This document shows positions 1 to 10,900 of a DNA stretch of 64,000 bases, piece after piece (position 1 is the first letter of the stretch; every line of letters starts with the position of its first letter). Position numbers and translations under genes: made by a program. The DNA is from Moniliella sp. 'wahieum'. Lineage: Eukaryota. The notes below the pieces were generated by a model that was given only the letters and a program-made list of their open reading frames with translations, did no database searches and was not told the origin of the DNA. The stretch is from positions 1 through 64,000 of the forward strand of contig RSEE01000149.1 of the NCBI GenBank assembly GCA_003971905.1, given 5' to 3'.

Positions 1-26
1 TAACCCTAACCCTAACCCTAACCCTA
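1..26 (-). repeat. Telomeric repeat tract (TAACCC)4 = TTAGGG on minus strand; chromosome end
   Basis: Window begins taaccctaaccctaaccctaacccta; canonical fungal/vertebrate-type telomere repeat at the contig start. Confidence 0.93.
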
Positions 27-159
27 GGGGAGGGCCGAGGGTAGATAGCGAGCTACCCGAAGGGGAGAGAGTTATGCCGAGGCGATAGCTCGCTACGAAA
101 TCGTCCGCTCTATGCAGCATATGCCCTCCGTTTTCCATCCGACGCCCCGTTCAAAGTTA

Positions 160-228
160 CACCCACCCCACCCTAACCCTCACCCCCTCACCCACCCCAC
201 CCTAACCCTCACCCCCTCACCCACCACC
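160..228. repeat. 29-bp tandem duplication of degenerate telomere-like C-rich sequence
   Basis: cacccaccccaccctaaccctcaccccct occurs at 160-188 and 189-217; each copy contains ccctaaccct. Confidence 0.85.
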
Positions 229-391
229 ATGCCTGACACACCCCCCGACACACCAAGACCAGGCGTCGCATCACAGTGAGAGTGGTAGGGGTGGATAGCT
301 ACAGCCTTGTACTACTCAAACTAACTCACTCCCGTGGTCTTCCAGTCAAAAGTTGTCTCAACCCTGAATGGGTGGGGTGGGCATGCCCTTG

Positions 392-405
392 TAACCCTAA
401 CCCTA
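392..405 (-). repeat. Interstitial telomere repeats (TAACCC)2
   Basis: taaccctaacccta immediately before the satellite. Confidence 0.8.
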
Positions 406-758
406 GGTACGGAAGTGGTACGGAAGAAGTACGGAAGTGGTACGAAATGGGCACGGAAGTGGTACGGAAGCGGTACGGAAGAAGTACGGAAGTGGTACGA
501 AATGGGTACGGAAGTGGTACGGAAGTGGTACGGAAGAAGTGCAGAAGTGGTACGGAACGGGCACGGAAGTGGTACGGAAGAGGTACGGAAGAAGTACAGA
601 AGTGGTACGGAACGGGCACGGAAGTGGTACGAAAGAGGTACGGAAGAGGTACGGAAGTGGTACGGAAGAAGTACGGAACGGGCACGGTATGCCACGGAAT
701 CCAAACTACGGAATACTACGGAATACCACGGGAGGGGTACGGAATCACCGCGGAATAC
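406..758. repeat. Subtelomeric satellite, 11-bp monomer GGTACGGAAGT with a 55-bp higher-order repeat
   Basis: 26 in-register 11-mers from 406 to 691 (variants ggtacggaaga, agtacggaagt, ggtacgaaatg, ggcacggaagt, ggtacggaacg), decaying to acggaat units up to about 758. Confidence 0.95.
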
Positions 759-1144
759 CTGGAGCCTCGGATCAGTGAGGTTCAATCTATAGCCTAGAGT
801 GTGCATTATGTTACACAGTTGGTTCTTCAGTTGTAAACGGGCTCCGTACCATTGCTTTCTTCAAATTTCGAAACAGAATAATGAAGATTCATATATGACC
901 CTCTCTTTCACCGTGTGAGGCATCCAGATGCTCGCTTGACATGGTAAAAATGGAGAAACCCGCGGATACCACAGTGCCGGCATCCCACTTTGTTTCGGAT
1001 ACTTCAGGAACGCAGGAGCAGGAGGAGAGAAGTAGACACCCAAAAGAGGGGCTCTGGACGAACAGAGGCCCCAGAAAATCGACATTGGACTGCTTGATAG
1101 TTCAATGATTGTTCAGTGATTCTCATTTGCTTTCCTCTTGTGCT

Positions 1145-2810
1145 TTAGAAGGGGTTGGGCGCATCAATGTTGATCGACACCGCCTTAACCTGAACATAAC
1201 TTTCCAGACCGTATGCCGAGCCTTCACGGCCAATCCTGATGCCTTGTACCCACCAGCCGGCACTTGGGCCGACAAGGCGAGGTACGTGTTGATCCACACC
1301 GAGCCCGCCTCGAGGGAGTGGGCCGTCTTGAGCGCCTTGGAGATGTCGCGGGAAAATATGCCCGCGGCCAAGCCATACATGGAATCGTTGGCCTTGTGCA
1401 GCAGCTCGTCGTGATCCTTGAATTTGTGCACAACCACCACTGGACCAAAGATTTCCTCGCGATTGATCACCGAGTCCTCGGGGGTATCGACAAAGATAGT
1501 AGGCTCAATGAACCACCCGTTCAGCTTGCCCTTTCCAACGTACCGCTCTTCCGGCAAAGGATTGCCACCCGTCACCAGGCGCGCTTCGGCCTTGCCAATC
1601 TGAATGTACTTCATGACGCGGTCATATTGCACCTCGCTGATCTGCGGGCCGAGAAAGGTAGACGGGTCAAACGGGTCACCCACCTTGATGGCCTCAAACC
1701 TCGCCTTGAGGCCGGCGAGGAAAGGCTTATAAAGTTTCTCGGCCACATAGATCCGCGATCCGGCGCAGCAGGCCTGGCCCGTGTTGAAGGTGGCGCCCAA
1801 TGTGCACCATGAAAGCGCCTGTTCCAAATCGGCATCGTCCAGCACTACCACGGGGGATTTGCCACCCAGCTCCAAAGTTACCTTTTTGAGGTTGGTACTG
1901 GCGGCCGCTTGCATCACCATGCGTCCAACACGTGTGGAGCCGGTAAAAGACACCTTGTCAATGTCCATGTGCTCGGCAATCGCGCTACCCGCGCCTGGTC
2001 CGAGACCCGTGACAAGGTTGACCACGCCAGGAGGTAACCCAGCTTGGTGAATTAGCTCAAACAACCTGAGTGCCGACAAGGGCGTATTCTCCGCCGACTT
2101 GATCACCACCGTGTTGCCTGTCGCGAGGGCGGGGGCCAGCTTCCATGCTGTGAGCGTCAATGGGAAATTCCACGGTACGATGGCACCGCATACACCGACT
2201 GGTTCCAAACGGGCATACTGGAACAAGTGTGGGTTCTCCCCAGATAAGACTTGGCCCGTGTGCTTGTCGGCCCAGCCGGCAAAGTAGCGGAACGCCTCGA
2301 CGACTTGGGGGATATCAATTGCCTTGGCCAACGTCACTGGCTTACCGCCGTCGATCGCCTCAATCGCAGCCAACTCGTCCAAGTTCTCTTCGACCAGACG
2401 GACGAGTTTGGTGAGCATCGCAGCACGTTGGGGACCGGTTGTCTGCAAGCCCCAAGTCGTCTTGAATGCGCGACGGGCCGCCTTGACAGCCACATCAACG
2501 TCATCTTTATCGCCTTGGGCAACTCGGCAAGTAACGCCTTGGTGGCGGGGTTGTACACCTTGAGCTGCTCCCCGTCTTGGCAGAGACCCATTTCCCACTG
2601 GAGAGAGCGGGAGGGTGTGGTTAGAACAGATGATTTCCAAAAATGGTCCAGGGAAGCGGCAGCACTCATGAGAAGGTAGGGAGCAGAGTGTGGTACGTAC
2701 TCAATGTACAGACCGCCGCAGAAGCTGGACTTGGAGCCGTCGGGGAACGTGAGGTTAACAGTTGGCACAGGTGATGAGCTGTGAGGAAGAGTTTGCGCCG
2801 TAGAAGCCAT
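1145..2810 (-). CDS. NAD(P)-dependent aldehyde dehydrogenase (ALDH family 1/2); intron 2598-2700; two apparent 1-nt frameshifts
   Basis: Motifs IVPWNFP, FTGSTRVG, LELGGKSP, catalytic GQACCAG, EEIFGPV, GGYKASG. A GT..AG intron joins LYI-DGKWVS. The corrected C-terminus is ...VKAVSINIDAPNPF* (TAA at 1145-1147). Confidence 0.95.
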
Positions 2811-2895
2811 ATTGGAGAAGGAGGAGGTGGAAGAGGAAGAGGAAGAGCGATGGTAAGGATGTAAAACGGGGGAGGGGAGAAGGAAAGAGACGGGG

Positions 2896-2902
2896 TTATA
2901 TA
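2896..2902 (-). promoter_or_regulatory. Putative TATA box of the ALDH gene
   Basis: TATATAA on the minus strand, about 90 nt upstream of the ATG and followed by a CT-rich leader. Confidence 0.5.
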
Positions 2903-3443
2903 CGAGGCGCGCACACCCACTGCAAGATATATAGATTGGTTAATGGCCGAAGCCCATCCGCCGCACGGCAACAGTACAGAGACGAACGTGTGATGTCTGA
3001 CGGGGGGGGGCTTGCAGGGCACCATTGCCTACTGCAGCGCGAGCGAGACGAGTGTCAGCCACTTGTCCCATTAGGGCGTGTGCACAGAGACGGACAACAA
3101 ACGAGTGGGATGGCGGAGTTGGTTGGTTGTCGTCGCTGGGCCGCTGTGTACGAGACAGCTGAGGCCGCGGCAAAGCAAGGTCTCGCAAGTTGTTTTGCTG
3201 CCAAAAACGATGTGGAGGAATATTCCATGCTGCGGAGGATATGGATTGCAACCGACACCAGACTGCTGGTGCGTCTCGACGCCGAGCGCGAAGCGGCAAA
3301 ATTATAGGTGGATTACAAGAAGCACACGTGCTCACCTACAAAAACGTGGAGAGTAGCATCGATGATGAAAACTCTGGCAAAATGGCTGTCTTTGGGAGAA
3401 TGGCAGGACGACTCGCAAGGCGCGGGACAAGAAAGATAAACAG

Positions 3444-3603
3444 TGACTAGTGACTAGTGACTAGTGACTAGTGACGCGTGACGAAGAGCAACTCCATCAC
3501 ACTTTGCTCCGGCCGCCGCCGCAGGAAGGGTGGGTCGAACATGTCTGCCCGGAAAAAGGCAGTTAAATACGTTTAACGATAAACGTTAAACGTTAAACGT
3601 TAA
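3444..3603. repeat. Heptamer palindromic microarrays (TGACTAG)4-TGACGCG and (TAAACGT)3
   Basis: Read directly at 3444-3483 and 3580-3603. Confidence 0.9.
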
Positions 3604-4600
3604 CTGCGCTATGTATCTTCGTGCTGCCACACCGAAGGGCATCTGGTGGCGGCTAGGCCATCGACATCGATCATCTGGCTACTCAGACTGAGTATACCTT
3701 GTCGCGGTCTCACCTGCTAATCCTAGCGGGTGGGAGAGCCTCACCGAAGTCACTCCGCAGCATAGTCACTAGCTACACTACAGAGACGCTCCTCAGGCTC
3801 AGCGATGAGATTCATCCCTCATCGGCCTCATCCTTTGCGAAAAGAAGCACAAGGACCAACAGCAAGTGAAGCCTGTAGCGCCGTCGACGCGTCGAAGCGC
3901 GAACCGCAGTCAAATTAGGCAAGGTGGAGGTCCGAAAAGGAAAATCGGAGGTACACCTGAGCCACAGTATGTCGGCCATCACATGCACACAATACGTACC
4001 ATACACAGGAGGTCTCCGACGTTCAAGAAGACCAGTTGGGAAAAGGGAGAGTCTACGGAGCTTCCGGGAGAACAACGTTTTGCCCCCGTTGCCGGAACTG
4101 CGTTGATGCAGTTGATGGCTTGCCTCGATTACCATGAAAGCACAGGTAGGCAGACTACAGGACACTCTTGGGTGAGCTGGTGAACGGCAAAAGTGTGCTA
4201 CCCAACATAGGTGCCTGCGGTTTGCGGCGTGACGCGCGACATATGTAACACAACCACAGTCAGTTCCAGGCCTGCTCAGGCGCTCGGACCTTGAGGCAGC
4301 CCAACAAGTGCTAACCGCGCCGCGTTACGCAGCACTGGCTCTGCTCAGATCTGCCTCGGAACGGCCTGGTAGGCCTGGTGGCTCGTGCGCGTGGCGTGTG
4401 AAGCGTGACATGGGGCTTGTGTGACATGTGACATGTGACCACGTGACCATGTGCCACCACGACTGGCCCGTGCCTGCAGCCACCGATCGCAGCCACCATC
4501 GGACAGCCCGGCAGTGTCGTTCCGGGTAGCCCCGTTCCGCCGCTGTTGCGCCCCAGGCTGCCTTGGCCGGCGTGCATCATCCCTCCCCCCACTGATAGGC

Positions 4601-6146
4601 ATGCCGTCCAAATCGCGCAAAGCCAAGCACGCCAACCGCGCCGGCCGCACACCCGCCCCAGGCCACGGCGTATCCACCATGTCCCAGCCGCCCACCCTCC
4701 CGAAGCATCCCGACAACGATGCCCCAACGCCACCCGTGTCCTGGACAGCAGCTCGGACGCCGACAGCTCCAAGGACGCCGCTGCCTCGGCGACACACTCC
4801 GCGCCCCTCTCGGCCGACGCAGTGGCTATCATTCACAACCTCGCCCAGATCGGCCTTTCACATCTGCTCGAGACCGTCTCTCAGTCCACGGCATTCCAGC
4901 CCGCAGCTGAAGCCGCCTTGGCCGCCTTGGCCGCGCTGACCGCCAAGGTCCAACAGCACGCGGAGGATGCAAGGGCCGATTCCCAGCAAGACACAGAGTC
5001 GATGTCCACGTTTGGCAAGGAACCTGCCTCTTCCCGTTCGTCCTTCGTCTCGCTCCATCACCGCATGACCGCCGCAGAAGGTCAGCTCGGCGTCTGGGCC
5101 GACGACGCATCTGCCCGGGCCGAGACTGCCTCCGCCGCGGATTCCCAAGATGACGTCTCCACTCAGCCCGCCCTCCCCAGGACCGAGCTGTAGCTCGAAC
5201 TCAACGAGCGTCTCAACGCCGTCGAACACCAGCTGGCCCAGCTCCAACTCAACGCGCCTCCGGTTCCCCCTCCTCCACCGCTGCTGCGGCCACCCCCGCC
5301 CCTCCAGCTGCCGCCGCAGCCACCCCGCGCCGTCCGCCCAGTCCGCCCAGTCCGCGCCGTCCGCCAAGTCCGCGCCGTCCACCCAGTCCGCGCCGTCCGT
5401 CCAGGCCAAACCCTCCACCCAGGCTGTACCCCGCTGCCCCGCAGGCCCACAAACCTGCCGTGACTACTCCCTGGGCACGTCATCCCGATGCTTCCCGGCC
5501 GTTGAGCCGATTCCCAACCTCGGTTATTTGAGCAACGGAGCCGCGCATCTGGTCGCGCCGGGTCCTTGGGTTGGCGCCCCTCCCTACGAGCCCACCCATC
5601 CCGTTCTTGCGCAGACCTGGACCGCATCTTCGGCGGCCCCATCAACACCACCTGGTGGGGTTATCGCGACTTGTTCTTCCGTGTCTGGGGCTGGCGTGGG
5701 GTGTGCGGTGACGCCAACCTGTCCAGGTTTGTCCTAGACAAACTGCCTGAAACATTCGTAACTTGTTCCTCTGCGACCCCCGTTTCACCCACATGGTCTT
5801 CTATGGTGACCTACCAGCTATATTGGAGCAGCTCGACCGTCATTTCGGCCGCCCTGTCACCCGCGACGAGTTCTATCTAGCCGTGTCGGACAAGTGGGCC
5901 ATCCGTCACGAAACGTACTTTTCATACGAAAGGCGGCACCTGGCCATCCTGCGTGCAATTGAGGGCTTCTGTAGTGACAGAGCGGCGGTCCGCTCTCTGA
6001 TCCAGGGCATACCGATGGTGGTGAGCTCCGAGCTGTGGAACGTGGACCTCCCGACCCCCGATGCGGTCAATAGAGCCGTCTACACGATTCTGTGTGAAAA
6101 CGGAAGCGAGCACACCGGTCACTATACCGTCTGGCCCGACACTTAA
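4601..6146 (+). pseudogene. Degenerate retrotransposon gag/capsid-like ORF (coiled-coil, Pro-rich linker, CA-like C-terminus), no pol
   Basis: The C-terminal segment HETYFSYERRHLAILRAIEGFCSDRAAVRSLIQGIPMVVSSELWNVDLPTPDAVNRAV resembles the Ty3/gypsy capsid C-terminal pattern (E-x-x-x-x-Y-x-x-R ... FI.GLP ... P.T). In-frame TAG at 5191-5193 plus frameshifts. Identified by eye only. Confidence 0.45.
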
Positions 6147-6943
6147 CTGTGACAGCGCACTGCTCTGTCTGGTGCCAACGCGGTTCAGCTGGCGCCGTCC
6201 AGCTAACGATCCGATGAGTCGAGGGTGATTCTCCCATTGACGTTGGCTTTCCGCCGAGCTCCTTTCTGATGTGCAACAGGCCGTGAGAGAGCGCAGCACG
6301 GGTGGCTACACGAGCAGTACTCCTGTAGCAAGTTCCTCCGTCATGATACTAGTAGGCACAGTGCTTAATTCCCTTCACTACAATCCCGCAACAGGCTGCT
6401 CTCCTCCCGACTAGCAGCAATGCATTAACCCATATGACCCCACTGTAACAGCACAACGATCCGCGCCATAGAAAGCACCGTCCCGTGCGATCTGCAAAGG
6501 ACCCCACAGTGTCGCCCAGCCATTAGGACTAGGGTGGGGGACCACATGGCAATCCTGGGTGCCGTGGTCCTTTTTGTCCCCTTCTCCATCTCTCCGTTTG
6601 CACGCACCCAGCCCCCGGATATCACTCCCTTGAGTCCTCCGTTTCCGCCGCCAGCAGTAAGCAGCTGCACCCCATCGTACCTCCCGCCTTCGTGCCATCG
6701 TCTCGACCCTCCACCCCTCTTTGTCCAGAGGTACTCCTATCCACCCTTCCTACTAATAGCCTCACGCCTCCCTCCCGACCGCGCACCAACGGCGTATACT
6801 ATGGCGCCACCCTTCTTCCCTCGGCACTGCTCACTCCAGAATGTGAATACGTATGGTTACTCCCACCTAAGTGGTTGCTCTCCGTGAGTAGGGGTAGGTG
6901 CAACTACCTATCCTTCCTTACCTTTTAGCACAGTACCATAAAC

Positions 6944-7958
6944 TCATTTCGACATGGCGGCCGGAACAATATCGACCACAATCGGGTCGCCGCCGTCCTC
7001 AATCGCGGCGTTTACCAGTGTTGTCCGTGCCTCTTGCTTACCCACCAGCGTTGTGGTCCACCCTCTCACTACTCGTGCCGCCAGTCCAGAAACAGAGGCC
7101 CAACTCGCTCCATCCTGTACAGCATCGTGCAGCCGCAGCGCCGGAAGCACGACGTCCCTGCGCCCGTGCGCGTCATGGATGTGGCCCCATACGGCTAGCC
7201 GCGGACGTACGCGTGCCAGCTCGGCGGCTAGGAAACGACAGCCAGTATGCTTTCCGTGTACTAGATCGAGGAGGCGGTGCGGAGGGCCGTGGGGGTGATA
7301 ACAATGTCAGACGAGTTCGGAATGGTGCCGGCCCAAACGTCGGTGATGGGAAGGTACTGGAAGGCAAAGTTGCCATACTGCGGGGTACGCGGGGAGCCGT
7401 AAATCTTTACAGGCACGGCCGAGTGCTCCAAACCAAGCGCGGTGGCAGGAATGACATCCAGTGTGATGGCGCTATCCTGTAAGTACGTGAGGTCGCCCCA
7501 GTCCAGTTCTTGTACAGGGCGCTGATCGCTAAACATGCCGGGGTTTTTGCGGCGGTAATCTTCGTCGAGCAGCAGATCGTGGTTGCCAGCAATGACCACT
7601 TTATGCTTGTGTGGCTGCTGCTTGAGCCAGTTCAGCTGGGCCTGCAGCTCGTCGAATGTGCCGCTCTGTGTCAAGTCGCCTGCATGAATGAGCAGGTCGC
7701 CAGCGGGAAGCACGGGCTGTTGGTTGTGCGTATCAGAGATACAGACGACGCGCACAAATGCGTCCCCAACCGAAAAAGCTGCAGGTACAGGTTGGGATGG
7801 TACATCGTTCTGCCCTGTGTTCCCGCCTGTCTCGCCCTGGGTGGCGGAGCGATGCGCTGGGTGGTGGGCCAACAACCACGAGGCGGCGCGGGCGCGCCGG
7901 CGGGGGGAGGGGGGGCGACTTCATGGCCACGCACAAAAAACGACGGTGATTCTTCCAT
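6944..7958 (-). CDS. Calcineurin-like metallophosphoesterase (MPPED/239FB-like); start approximate; frameshifted near 7290
   Basis: Motifs VCISDTHN, HAGDLT, IAGNHD, then after the frameshift THGPP, GC..L and VWGHIH; ends ...VPAAMSK*. TATATAA on the minus strand near 8080. Confidence 0.88.
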
Positions 7959-10900
7959 AATGGCACTGGAACGAGCTCCTGATGGATGGGTGGTATGGTG
8001 TGGGCGGCGGATGGGGTATGATATGTGAGGGGCGATAGGGGGCGTGGGTTTGGAGACGTTGCTCGGAGATGCTTCTCTTATATAGAGGCCGGCTGGGTCC
8101 AATAGGCATCGTCTCCAAGTGGGTGGTGGGGTGTAGATGCGTAATGCGTAACGGCGGAGAGACAGAGGGGACATCAAAGGGAAGGCACCGGTGGGTGACG
8201 TGGCAGCAAAAGCATCAATATATCGTGAATTAAAGCGTATCGAGATACTGCGGACAGGGCCACACAGGAGAGGCACTTGTTTACGATGCCTGATCCCCCT
8301 GGGTCCGCAGCCAACCAACGCGGCCAGGGCGGTGGTGCAGTGGATGCGACGGTGCCCCGCCCATGTCCGAAAGTCAAAAAGTAGTACTATAGCAAACGCA
8401 GCGTTCTTCGCCAGCCAGCAACCAACAAGTCGCCACAACAAGCCATCTCGGCGCTCGGCAAAAAGCGTATACTAGAGAGAGCACCAAGCTTCTGTGTGCT
8501 GGTGGTGCGCTGCCAGCCACCCTCGGCGATTGTCAGCCTATCCATATCATCCGCTGTCCCGCCGAGCCACGGAGAAGGATGGTGTGGCGCAGTCGCCGCC
8601 TCTCATCTCTCGGCGAGACTGACAGGTATAATATACTGCCTAAGTAATTGGACTATTGCGCCTATACCAATGGCTCTATACCTGGTGTGAACTGCTTCAC
8701 ATGCGTATATCCCGCCACCGTCTATTTGGCTACACAATGTGTGCCTGTGGACCGTCAAGACGTGACGCGCTTGACGCCCTTTTGCCCTTACCCAACTGTT
8801 ATTGTTGCCCTCATCCCCTCTCTCAGGCCGGCTTTCGAGTGGCGCCGGGACCAGGGCGAGGTGGAGAAGGAAGCGATACTGGTAAGCCCGCTGTGCTCTT
8901 GAAGGAGCACAATAAAAGGATGGCCGCTTCTCGCTTACAACCGCTCGATGTGCTCCATGAAAATCGCAGAAGGGAAGCCTCCAGACTGATGCCAAAACCC
9001 GTCTCTGCCCACAGTCAACATGGATTGCTCTGATGCTAATGGGAATGTCAACGTCGTTAACGGCATGGAAATCTGGCCAAGCATAGACCCCATTCACATA
9101 TACGAACAATATGCCGGATGGCAAGAACTCCTTGAAGTTGGGGTATGTCCCTGGCATCCTTCATCATGCACATGCCACGGGCGTTCTCGTCGGTTGGGTT
9201 TGTGTACATTAATGATGATACGAGGAGATCTCGTCAATTCCTGAGATCTCATTGTCCATATACGTGTACATGAACTTACATGATGTGGGTAGTATAAAGA
9301 GCGGCCGATGAAGAATCGCTCGGGAGTGTGTTGGGACCAACCCCAATTAGAAAAGCAGAGGTGTTGGGGGGGAATCGGTCACACGACGACGTATGGTGGT
9401 GGGTACATGCTATTTGTCTCTCTGCTTCCCCATCCAAACGAGGAAGCTGCCGACAGCGGAGGGACATAAAAGCGCATTGCTTATGTGGAGCTATAATGGT
9501 AATGAAGGGAGTGCTCCAGTGGACCTTTTCCTTAATAGCCTGTTATTCATTGAACTCAATTGTGGTCTATGGCGTAACCATATCATTGACCGAGTTTTAA
9601 AGTTGGGACAAAGAAACGCTGTGCCTAAACGCGTTGCTTATTTGTGCCAAGCGGGCCGATTAAGAAACCAGGGGAATCGCCAGCAGGTCTATACTAGGAT
9701 AACTTTTGGGTCTTATTGCTCACTTAGTACTTATACAAGTTTTCTTCCAGCGGATGGTAACATTTTCCCGGCCGATGTACCTTTAGTAACAGGGGGGGGG
9801 GGGTTATGCATTATGCATTTGGGTTCTTACCAGTTATGAGAGCGTGGGCTGTCTCGTCGATTTTATCGCTGTAGCACAGCCTGGCATGAGTGCATGAGGT
9901 GCAAGCGCTGCCCCGGCCCCAACCCCCCGCGTTGGCTCGTTCCTAGCGAACTTTAGTCTGTCAATAAATCACCTCAAACGGTTTGAACATTGGATGGCGC
10001 ATCTGCATCAGATCTCAGATTTTCACGCATCATGCATCATGCATCGTGCTAGTACGCATCGTGCAAGTTGGCCAGCAAAGATGATGCGATACAGTCACAT
10101 GCCACGCACTGAAAAAGAGAGTCCGCCAGCGGCATTTAACAAAACAACTTGCTTGGCAGTCACCGGTTTCTCTCGTTGTGTTTCTCTCTCTCGAGCCTCT
10201 CCTTGGCCCGATCGGTCTAATGCATCATGCATCATGCATTTTGTCCCCCCTCTTTCCGCTTCCTGGCAAGCGCTGCACCAGCACCACAAAATCCGCAAGC
10301 AGAACAGGATAGGTCGCTGTGAGCGCTGGGATCATACGCGTCACGCTAGCCACTTGCCGTTTTCCCAGAGAGCGGCAGAGGGTCTAGGAAAGCAAGGCTT
10401 TTGATGCGCCCGTGTATTGGCCAGTGTGGTGATGGATTAATGCTTGGCTAGACCACGGAGTCTGGCCGCCTGTTGTCACTTGTCATCTAGTCACATGCCC
10501 CTGTCGCTCTTGTGCCTCGGGTGAGGCGGGAGGGAGACAGCGGGGCAGCATGGGTTGTCGCTTAACTGCTTGAGCCGCTAGCGCAAGCGCCTGCCTGTGC
10601 TACGGCGGGGATGGCTCCAGAGGGATGTGTGTTGGGGGTGGAGTTTTTCCTGGGACTGAGAACTGAGGTACTGGGTATTCAGACTGAGTTCGCAGACACC
10701 AGCGCGTCAGCCACTGGGCAGTACTCGTGTACCTGCATCGGCTGTCTCTGCGGACAGTCCCCCGTCCGGCGCGGGCAGAAGGTGAAGCTAAGACCATAAA
10801 GCCATCACTTGCAGCATGGGGTTGACGCGTGACGTGTGACGCATGACGCGGCGGCAGCAGCACACTGAGGGCCTGCGGATCGCCGCAAGACACGGCACGT

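Noticed and set aside
406..691. CRISPR-like array
   Set aside because: Contiguous 11-bp monomers with no unique spacers and no cas genes; eukaryotic context.
276..806. Repetitive ORFs (GTEVVRK.../YHFRT...) on both strands
   Set aside because: They are translations of the stop-free 11-bp satellite, with no independent coding evidence.
6444..6930. Possible solo LTR (TGTAAC...AGCACA)
   Set aside because: No target-site duplication and no second copy in the window.
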